A stretch of 53,751 bases of DNA from positions 1 through 53,751 of the forward strand of contig JABWCH010000011.1 in NCBI GenBank assembly GCA_013359215.1, in the 5' to 3' direction. A program made the translations under genes and the position numbers. This document shows, one piece after another, positions 46,662 through 53,751 of the stretch; position 1 is the stretch's first letter, and each line of letters opens with the position of its first letter. Origin of the DNA: Candidatus Brocadiia bacterium. Lineage in GTDB: Bacteria; Planctomycetota; Uabimicrobiia; Uabimicrobiales; JABWCH01. The notes below the pieces were generated by a model, which was given only the letters and a program-made list of their open reading frames with translations, did no database searches and had not been told where the DNA came from.

Positions 46662-47504
46662 TTAGAGAGATAAGCCTTTTTCGCAAAATTCTTTACAGCC
46701 TTCTTTATCGCCTTGTAAAGCATAAAGAACAGCCATTTTGGTTGTGCAATCTTTAATCCATGCTGTATTTTGTAAAATTTTAGCGATTTCTAAAGCCTGC
46801 TTTTGGTAGTGAATAGATTCCTGGATTTGCTTTTGGTCGAGATAAACAAGAGCAAGATGGTTTGTGTAAACGAATTCTGCTTCTTTATCATTGTATTTTT
46901 GGGCTATTTCCAAAGATTTTTTGTGAAATTCTATGGAAAGGGAAAATTTTTGTGTGTCTCTGTAGACTGTACCCAGGTTGGCATAGACTTTTTCTTTTTC
47001 CCTATCTGCTAAGGGAAAGTCCAAAGCATTTTTTAGATATTCTATGCCTTTTTCTTTACTCCCTGACTGTATATAAGCTATCCCTAGATTAGAATAAAGG
47101 ATTCCTTGGGTATGCTGGTTGGGTTTATGATTTAAAAATGCAAGAAGCGCATGAAAATAAGGGATTGAGTATTTGGGCTTATTTTTTTTTAGAAACACTA
47201 ACCCTTCATCGTAGTTTTTTTGGAAATTTTCCTCTGTGACTGTAATAGGATTCACGAACGCTTCTAAATCGAACAGTTTGTTGATACACTTTTCTAAAAA
47301 TTCAAAAGCTTTGGCCTGTTCTTCATTGTTATTTTTACGAGAAAAATCTGCCATTTTTTTTAACTGGTTGATGAATTTCTGGTCTATCAAAGGAGCATTG
47401 GATAATGCCCAATTTCTGAAAGCTTTAGGGCCTTGGGCAATGTGCTTGAAGCTTTCTTGTACCAGCCAGCGGTCAACAGGCATTCTTTCTTGTGTGTTTT
47501 CCAT
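46662..47504 (-). CDS. Tetratricopeptide repeat protein
   Basis: Repeated 'YSNLG..Y...G...A..Y...AL' TPR units. Confidence 0.85.
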   Translation of the reverse strand: MENTQERMPVDRWLVQESFKHIAQGPKAFRNWALSNAPLIDQKFINQLKKMADFSRKNNNEEQAKAFEFLEKCINKLFDLEAFVNPITVTEENFQKNYDEGLVFLKKNKPKYSIPYFHALLAFLNHKPNQHTQGILYSNLGIAYIQSGSKEKGIEYLKNALDFPLADREKEKVYANLGTVYRDTQKFSLSIEFHKKSLEIAQKYNDKEAEFVYTNHLALVYLDQKQIQESIHYQKQALEIAKILQNTAWIKDCTTKMAVLYALQGDKEGCKEFCEKGLSL

Positions 47505-47513
47505 GATTTTTCC

Positions 47514-48914
47514 TTATTTTTTAGGGTGGGCTATTCTTGCCCAGAAGGTGTCGAAGTCGAAATTGCCGCAGTGTTCCCATGTATGGCATTCCAGACATAT
47601 TTTTTTAGGATTAGGATGAGAAGTGGAAGGGCGCAACTGGTCAGGGTTGTTGTGGAACGTATGTAAAGAACTAGGGCCATGGCATACTTCGCATCCAATA
47701 AAGGCAAAATCTGGTGTCTTTTCTTCGCCTTCATAGCCATTTTTTATTCCAAAACCAGTAACATGGCATTTTAAGCAGTGAGGGTCGTGGTGGTTGTTTT
47801 TTTTCTTAAGGCTATCGAGACTACGAGAGTGTGCTGTTTGTTTCCAGCTACGGTAGATTTCTGCATGGCACATAGAGCAGCGGGACGCGCCGACATATTT
47901 TTCTTTGCTGTTTCCTAATTGCTCTAAATAAAACCGTTCTTTGCCTAATTCTTCTCTGTAGCGGTTTAAAAGATATACTGTACCAGAATGATCCTGGATG
48001 CTTTCATCCAGGGGGACATTGCCTCCATTCACCCAAGCCAGATCGCCTGAAGGCTCAAAAGCAAAACGAATTTGCTGGATATAGCGGCTTTTGGCAGTAA
48101 GGGAGGAAACAACGACCGATTCTTTGTTTTCAGGGAGGTGTGTTCCTGTTTCTCCTGTGTTCAGGATCATTCCAATCTGTGGGAAATTTTTGCATAGAAA
48201 AGCGATTTGCTCGATAGAGAGGGCAGAGAGGACAAAAATCAGATGAGAATTTTCAAGCATTTCTGGTAAATACTTTGCAAACGCAGTGCCAGGATCTGCA
48301 AGCACAATTCCTTCGCCTGTCTTGGCTTTGGGATTTACAAGGCCGATGATTGCTATTTTAACGCCATCGACTTCTTTGATAACATAGGGCCTGACTAAAA
48401 GCTCGCTGGTGTCTTTTTCCAAAACATTCGCAGAGATTAAGGGAATGGGCATTTTTTCTGTAACTTGAGCAATCTGAGAAGAGGACAAGGCTACTTCATT
48501 TTGTCCAAGATTCAAGGCATCATACCCTATTTTTTCATAAATCTGTAAAATGTAGTACCATTTGAAAAATTCGTAGCGAGTAGGTGTCACAGACATACTG
48601 TTGCCTGCATCCACAACAAGATAAGGACTTTGCCTTGATTTTAAAAGATACTGCGCTTGCCTGGGAAGCCCGCCTATCTGGCCACTTTTGCATCCACATG
48701 GTTCAAGGCTGCCTTCCACATCAGCCGTTAGATAAAGATGAACTGCTTTTGGCGGATTCGGAGGAAAAGATAGTTTTTCTCGAACAATATGGCTTTTGCA
48801 ACTCAGCAAAAGACAAAATAAGCCGATTCCTAAAGAAAAAAACAGAAAAAAACAGAAAAATTTTGGAAAAATTTTCTTTTTTGTTGACATAATTAATATG
48901 TGGCCTTTTACCAT
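47514..48914 (-). CDS. UshA/5'-nucleotidase-like domain fused to a tetraheme c554-type cytochrome (lipoprotein)
   Basis: G.LEPCGC, GGLPR, VDAGN, LNLG.NE and SAN; four CxxCH (CSMCH, CLKCH, CEVCH, CLECH); start may be 48890. Confidence 0.85.
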   Translation of the reverse strand: MVKGHILIMSTKKKIFPKFFCFFLFFSLGIGLFCLLLSCKSHIVREKLSFPPNPPKAVHLYLTADVEGSLEPCGCKSGQIGGLPRQAQYLLKSRQSPYLVVDAGNSMSVTPTRYEFFKWYYILQIYEKIGYDALNLGQNEVALSSSQIAQVTEKMPIPLISANVLEKDTSELLVRPYVIKEVDGVKIAIIGLVNPKAKTGEGIVLADPGTAFAKYLPEMLENSHLIFVLSALSIEQIAFLCKNFPQIGMILNTGETGTHLPENKESVVVSSLTAKSRYIQQIRFAFEPSGDLAWVNGGNVPLDESIQDHSGTVYLLNRYREELGKERFYLEQLGNSKEKYVGASRCSMCHAEIYRSWKQTAHSRSLDSLKKKNNHHDPHCLKCHVTGFGIKNGYEGEEKTPDFAFIGCEVCHGPSSLHTFHNNPDQLRPSTSHPNPKKICLECHTWEHCGNFDFDTFWARIAHPKK

Positions 48915-49300
48915 AAAATAGCATTTTTTTGCTTTTTCTCTTCTATAGATTTACACTGAATACAGAGAGTTGTATAAGGGATATAGTCCAATCTTTTTTT
49001 ACTAATGGGCTGGCTGCAATGTTCGCAATCTCCATAAGTTCCCTTTTCTATACTTTGCAACGCAGCTTGTATTTTTCTGACAACACCAGCTTCACTTTCG
49101 ATCAAGCCTAAAGCAAGGTCTTGTGCCACAGTGTCTGAGCTAATATCAGCGATGTGTGTTGGGATATTTGTAAGATCTCCAGAGGAATCCATCCTCGAGT
49201 TTGTCATTACGGATTCTTCCAGATTTTTTAAATTTTGCAAGAGAATATGAAGTTGCTCTGAAAGCTTCTCTTTATATTTTTCTAATTCTTTTTTGTTCAC
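48908..49300 (-). CDS. DksA/TraR C4 zinc-finger protein
   Basis: Coiled coil with HIAD; GTYGDCEHC..I...RL..IP.TTLCIQC. Confidence 0.9.
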   Translation of the reverse strand: MNKKELEKYKEKLSEQLHILLQNLKNLEESVMTNSRMDSSGDLTNIPTHIADISSDTVAQDLALGLIESEAGVVRKIQAALQSIEKGTYGDCEHCSQPISKKRLDYIPYTTLCIQCKSIEEKKQKNAILW

Positions 49301-49500
49301 ACCATTATCCTTTTTTATAAAAAAACTTTATTTTCTAAAAAATTTTGCACATTATACATAGAAGTATATGGATTTTTCAACCTTTTTCTTAGCTACAAAG
49401 AAAAAAATACAAATTTTTGTTGATTGACACCATGGAAAAGATAATTTAAAATAGTTGGACAATGTTATCGCTGAAGTTTCCAAAATTGTTTCTACCAGCC

Positions 49501-49629
49501 CATAAGGCTGTCAACTTAAGAAAGAGTAGTCTACGTAAGTACGTCCGTAGATGTCTACAGCCACATTTGTAAACTGTTGCAAGACAAATCGTTCAATGGA
49601 ATTCTATTCCTTAAGTTGGCGGTATTATG
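49501..49629. mobile_element. 129-bp IS4-like MITE
   Basis: TIRs CATAAGGCTGTCAACTTAAG / CTTAAGTTGGCGGTATTATG; no clear target duplication. Confidence 0.65.
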
Positions 49630-49650
49630 GTCATACGAGGGGTGTATCTT

Positions 49651-50187
49651 ATGAAAATTTATTTGCTTATTTTTTTGTCTATTCTTTCTTTGATGATGGG
49701 GTGTGAAGTTTTAACAGCACCTTTCAGGCTTGCGATGGAGCTTCTTCCTCTTGCTATCAAATACGCTCCCTATGCCCTAATGTTTTTAGAACTTCCCCAG
49801 GAGAATATTCCTTTAGAAAATAAAGAATTTCAAAACTTTTCATCCCAGGTTAGCATCGTTGCCCAATCCTTAGAAAAGCATTCTTTGTTTGCTTCTCTTT
49901 CTAGTGAATGGAGCGAAAAAAAGAAAAATCTGCATTTTGTTGCTGCTCTTCATCTGGATACAGAAGAAAAAGTCCAAAAAATTCAAAATTGGTTAATAGA
50001 AAACGGAGCAAAATATCAGGTAAGATATTGCATCGTAGGTTTCGATAAGGAAAGTGCTATAGAATATCGAAATATTCACCATTTGTTGCAAGAACAGAAA
50101 ATAGCTTTCTTTGCTGATGGCCCTCTTTCTGGACTAAAAACCCAAGAAGAAGCACTTGCTAAAACAATGGAAAGTATTTTAAAATAA
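49651..50187 (+). CDS. Hypothetical lipoprotein
   Basis: MKIYLLIFLSILSLMMGC signal peptide and lipobox; GAGGGG upstream. Confidence 0.65.
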   Translation: MKIYLLIFLSILSLMMGCEVLTAPFRLAMELLPLAIKYAPYALMFLELPQENIPLENKEFQNFSSQVSIVAQSLEKHSLFASLSSEWSEKKKNLHFVAALHLDTEEKVQKIQNWLIENGAKYQVRYCIVGFDKESAIEYRNIHHLLQEQKIAFFADGPLSGLKTQEEALAKTMESILK

Positions 50188-50320
50188 TTTTTGCAATTTT
50201 TAAAAAAATAGATTGCTTTTTTTCTTTTGCTAAAGTATAATTTTATACTTTCGTGAGAAATTTTTTCAATAAAATTAAAATATTTAAACGATTTTAACCA
50301 ATTATTATTTGGAGATTTTT

Positions 50321-50521
50321 ATGCTTTTCATAATCAATGAAAAAGAAGTTTATGAAGAATTGGTGCAAAATTCTCCATCCTTGGGTACTACAAAGATTTC
50401 GTTGTCGAACGTCATTCAAAGATTAGCCCAAGAAAAAAGGCATAAAACAACTACAGTCGCTTATCTAAAAACGTACCTTCATCAAGTACCTCATATCAAA
50501 GAAACCTCTGTAAATCCATAA
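50321..50521 (+). CDS. Small hypothetical protein
   Basis: ATG with GGAG upstream; no recognisable motif. Confidence 0.4.
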   Translation: MLFIINEKEVYEELVQNSPSLGTTKISLSNVIQRLAQEKRHKTTTVAYLKTYLHQVPHIKETSVNP

Positions 50522-50564
50522 GACAGGCCATTACACCAACTTTTCTTTAAAACTTCAAAAAAAA

Positions 50565-50756
50565 ATGAAAAAAGTATATGTAGATCAAAATCAATGTATT
50601 GGGTGTGAATTGTGTACAAAAATTTGCAAAGGGTTTCAGATGAACGCCCAAGACAAATCAGAGTTCGTTCTTGAACAGATTGAAGGGCTAGAAGACCAGA
50701 TACAAGATGCGATAGACAATTGCCCTGCGCAGTGCATACATTGGCAAAAGGCATAA
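50565..50756 (+). CDS. Monocluster ferredoxin
   Basis: VDQNQCIGCELC...AIDNCPAQCI. Confidence 0.9.
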   Translation: MKKVYVDQNQCIGCELCTKICKGFQMNAQDKSEFVLEQIEGLEDQIQDAIDNCPAQCIHWQKA

Positions 50757-50758
50757 GC

Positions 50759-51748
50759 ATGAAAAATGCGGTATATTGCACAAAAAATCTTGATCCCTGG
50801 CATAATCTAGCTATGGAAGAATATTTGTTGCAAAAGGTTGGGAAAAAACAGATATTTTTTTTCCTTTGGCAAAATCAAAACACAGTAGTCATTGGCAAAA
50901 ACCAAAACCCCTGGAAAGAATGCTGCTTTTCTTTGCTAGAAAAAGAAGGCGGTAAGTTAGCCAGAAGAATTTCTGGCGGTGGGGCTGTCTTCCATGACAC
51001 TGGCAATCTGAATTTCTCCTTCCTGGTAGACCGAGAGATGTACGACCTTTCTCGGCAACTAGAGGTTATTCTAGGGGCTATCCGTTCCCTGGGAATAGAA
51101 GCGGAATTCCAAGGACGAAACGATCTGTTGGCACAAGGCAAAAAATTTTCAGGGAACGCTTTTTGCTTCAAGCCAGAGAGCGCGTTACACCATGGGACAA
51201 TTTTGGTTTCTGCTGATATGAATAAACTCACACGCTATCTTCAAGTCTCTCCTGAAAAAATCCGATCCAAAGGAATTGATTCGGTGAGATCCAGAGTTGT
51301 CAACCTTTCAGAGCTTAAACCTGGTCTAACGATAGAGCTTATATCCGAAAGCCTGATGGCTTCTTTCCAAAAAATTTATGGAAACGATTTTTCTTTCTAT
51401 GAAGATGGCATGGTAGAGGAGGAAGAGATTCAGGCATTGTATGCAAAGTATAGCTCCTGGGAATGGAGATATGGTGAAGCACCCCATTTTGATATAGAAA
51501 TTTCCCATGCTTTTTCCTGGGGATTTTTAGATATGTGCTTCCAAGTGAGCAATGCAAAAATTGTCCAGGCAATCGCCTATTCTGATGCTATGGATGAAGC
51601 TTTCATACAAAAGCTAAGTGAAATATTGAAAGGATGCAAGCTTCACGCAAATAGTATAAAAGAATGCATTCAAATTTTTCCTTGGGGAGAAGAATGCAAA
51701 GAAATGGCTCAAGAAATTGCCTCATGGATAGAAAAGAAAGAATTTTAG
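50759..51748 (+). CDS. lplA: Lipoate-protein ligase A
   Basis: NLAMEE, WQN..TVVIGKNQN, RRISGGGAVFHD, GRNDL, KFSGNA and HHGT motifs. Confidence 0.94.
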   Translation: MKNAVYCTKNLDPWHNLAMEEYLLQKVGKKQIFFFLWQNQNTVVIGKNQNPWKECCFSLLEKEGGKLARRISGGGAVFHDTGNLNFSFLVDREMYDLSRQLEVILGAIRSLGIEAEFQGRNDLLAQGKKFSGNAFCFKPESALHHGTILVSADMNKLTRYLQVSPEKIRSKGIDSVRSRVVNLSELKPGLTIELISESLMASFQKIYGNDFSFYEDGMVEEEEIQALYAKYSSWEWRYGEAPHFDIEISHAFSWGFLDMCFQVSNAKIVQAIAYSDAMDEAFIQKLSEILKGCKLHANSIKECIQIFPWGEECKEMAQEIASWIEKKEF

Positions 51749-51766
51749 AAAATCGCTGCATTTTTC

Positions 51767-51795
51767 TTGACAAACCTATCTGCTCTTTATAACCT
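51767..51795 (+). promoter_or_regulatory. Putative dnaA promoter
   Basis: TTGACA, 17-nt spacer, TAACCT. Confidence 0.45.
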
Positions 51796-51842
51796 TATCA
51801 AATTCACAAAAAAACTGACATTTTTTAGAAGCACAATATAAC

Positions 51843-53207
51843 ATGAGTTCAGACTATAATGATAATCTATGGAATGACGTTCTTAAAGAGCTACAAAACA
51901 ATATTCAGCCAAGGCATTATGAATTCTGGTTTCAGAACAGCAAGATATTGGCCCTTACGGATAAAGCAGTCAAAATCCAAGTATCCAATGAAATTATCAA
52001 ACAAAAGATCAAAGAAAACTACCTGGAACATATCAAGAATTCTCTTTTTAAATGCAGTGGAAACGAGCTGGAAATCGAATTTATTTGCGAAGCAAAAGCA
52101 GAGCAGCAGGCTCTCTTTGATTTTGAAATAGAATCTGAGCAAGTATCACAGGAAGTCAAAGACTCGACGACCTATCCGCCTATCAATCTAAACAGCCTTT
52201 ATACATTTGCTAACTTTGTTGTAGGCCCATCCAACGAGCTTGCGCATTCTGCATCGGTTGCTGTAGCCAAAGCACCAGGAAAAGCTTATAATCCTTTATT
52301 TTTGCATGGAGCAGTCGGTTTAGGGAAAACGCATCTTTTACAAGCTATTTGCAATGGGCTGATTAGCCAGGGTTACAACCAACAGATTGTATACCTATCC
52401 TGTGAAGAGTTTGTCAATGAATTCATCTCTGCTATCGAAGATGGGAATCTAGGCGGTTTTAGATACAAATACCGCAGTGTCAGTATGATACTTATTGATG
52501 ATATTCATTTTTTAGCAGGCAAAGATAGAACCCAGGAAGAGTTTTTTCATACATTCAATACTCTTTATAATTGTCATAAGCAAATTATACTTTCTTCAGA
52601 CAGTCCGCCTTCTGAAATTCCTGAATTGAAAGAAAGGCTTGTTTCCCGATTCAAATGGGGGCTTGTAGCCACTCTGGATGTCCCTGGATTTGAAACCAGA
52701 GTTGCCATTGTAAAGAAAAAAGCTAAATTAAAAAACAAAGAATTGCCTGATGGTATATGCCAGTATATATCGGAAAATATTGTTTCTAATATCAGGGAGT
52801 TGGAAGGTGCGGTAAACCACTTGCTTGCTATGGCAGAACTTCATAAAAAAGAAATTACTTTAGATTTTTGCAAGCGGGCCTTAAAAGACATCATCCGCTT
52901 CAATGAGCCAGAAATCGAATTGTCTGATGTCCTGGAAGCAACGATTAAATTTTTCAATATAAAAATAACCGACTTGCAATCCAAGAACCGACAGCAAACT
53001 GTGGTGCTTCCAAGACAGGTAGGTATGTATCTTGCCAAAAAATTGACAAAATATTCTCTACAGGAAATAGGGGCTTTTTTTGGCGGCAGAGACCATACAA
53101 CTGTGTTACACGCTTTAGATAAAATTAAAGAACTAAGCCAGACCAGCCCCAGAGTAACAGAGAGCCTGGTAGAAATTGAAAAGCAAATCTTAGAGAAAAA
53201 ATACTAA
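51843..53207 (+). CDS. dnaA: Chromosomal replication initiator DnaA
   Basis: YTFANFV, YNPLFLHGAVGLGKTHLL, IDDIHF, QEEFFHTFN and FGGRDHTTV motifs. Confidence 0.98.
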   Translation: MSSDYNDNLWNDVLKELQNNIQPRHYEFWFQNSKILALTDKAVKIQVSNEIIKQKIKENYLEHIKNSLFKCSGNELEIEFICEAKAEQQALFDFEIESEQVSQEVKDSTTYPPINLNSLYTFANFVVGPSNELAHSASVAVAKAPGKAYNPLFLHGAVGLGKTHLLQAICNGLISQGYNQQIVYLSCEEFVNEFISAIEDGNLGGFRYKYRSVSMILIDDIHFLAGKDRTQEEFFHTFNTLYNCHKQIILSSDSPPSEIPELKERLVSRFKWGLVATLDVPGFETRVAIVKKKAKLKNKELPDGICQYISENIVSNIRELEGAVNHLLAMAELHKKEITLDFCKRALKDIIRFNEPEIELSDVLEATIKFFNIKITDLQSKNRQQTVVLPRQVGMYLAKKLTKYSLQEIGAFFGGRDHTTVLHALDKIKELSQTSPRVTESLVEIEKQILEKKY

Positions 53208-53281
53208 TTACCTAGGGGATTTATTACGGGATTTAGGTACTTAGTGCAAGATATTGATAGATAATATCTAATGATAATATC

Positions 53282-53364
53282 CACCACGAAAGACACGAAG
53301 TACACGAAGAAAACAAGGTAAAATAAATCGTATTTTAAAATTCTATTTTCTTGTCTTCGTGGTG
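53282..53364. repeat. CACGAA-array inverted element related to family A
   Basis: CACCACGAAAGACACGAAGTACACGAA ... TTCGTGGTG. Confidence 0.7.
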
Positions 53365-53502
53365 AAAAATTTTTTTAGCATTTTTTTTCACTATAAAAAT
53401 GTTAGTGTTATGGGCTGTTATATGTCTTTCAGGCAAAAGATTACAGTTTTTTTTATTGGCCAGGCCGCAAAACATCGACCTGGCGAACACGCCTAATACA
53501 AG

Positions 53503-53751
53503 CTATTTTTCTTCTTGTTGCATTCTAGGACGATAGCAGCGAGAATGTTTTTTTGGCATATCCTGTTTTTTCATATCTTTTTGCACTTTAGGATCGCATT
53601 CCTGACAATCTCCATTCATTTCTGGTTTATGGAATTTGGGAGCTTGTTTTTCTTTCCATTCAAAGCGTTTCTGCATTTCTTGTTTGTGGAATCTAGGGGC
53701 TTGCTTTTTAGCCATCCAGGGTTTTCTAGCCTGGAAGCGTTTCTGCATTTC
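53503..53751 (-). CDS. 3' end of a repeat-containing hypothetical protein (truncated by window)
   Basis: Frame open to the window edge; EMQKRF and KQAP(R/K)FHK each occur twice. Confidence 0.55.
   Translation of the reverse strand, partial: EMQKRFQARKPWMAKKQAPRFHKQEMQKRFEWKEKQAPKFHKPEMNGDCQECDPKVQKDMKKQDMPKKHSRCYRPRMQQEEK

Noticed and set aside
47514-48914. Selenoprotein with UGA read-through
   Set aside because: Both positions of the CGC motif are Cys codons and there is no in-frame TGA.
512-53038. The many short ORFs overlapping or antisense to annotated genes
   Set aside because: They are shadow frames of well-supported CDSs with no recognisable motifs.
51749-53502. oriC beside dnaA
   Set aside because: No TTATCCACA/TGTGGATAA box cluster was seen in either flank and dnaN is absent; GC-skew analysis would be needed.

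Overview
AT-rich bacterial chromosomal window with dense coding. The rpsF-ssb-rpsR-rplI-dnaB-bamA order, a planctomycete-type BamA insertion, and FHA, kinase and MshEN-like repeat proteins suggest (by inference) an anaerobic, low-GC member of the Planctomycetota. Housekeeping content: tRNA-Ser x2, tRNA-Gln, prs, rplY, pth, rpsF, ssb, rpsR, rplI, dnaB, bamA, rnpA, yajC, secDF, recJ, a DksA/TraR-family gene, lplA and dnaA. Metabolic content: Na+-pumping acyl-CoA decarboxylase subunits; a four-subunit 2-oxoacid:ferredoxin oxidoreductase running directly into a HydABC/Bfu-like NuoEFG module with no catalytic domain; a satellite microcompartment pair (BMC-T shell protein plus acylating aldehyde dehydrogenase); mqnB; yqeB/mocA; and a tetraheme cytochrome fusion. 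A protein next to the BMC pair appears to carry two tandem Hfq/Sm domains. Intergenic spaces hold several short non-autonomous repeat families: IS4/IS231-like and IS982-like MITEs with target duplications, REP-like hairpins, nested inverted repeats, and inverted 8-9-nt and 6-nt tandem arrays. Several multi-stem candidate RNAs lie upstream of housekeeping genes. No CRISPR array, rRNA, transposase or convincing oriC was seen. All family assignments are from motif recognition by eye, not database searches.
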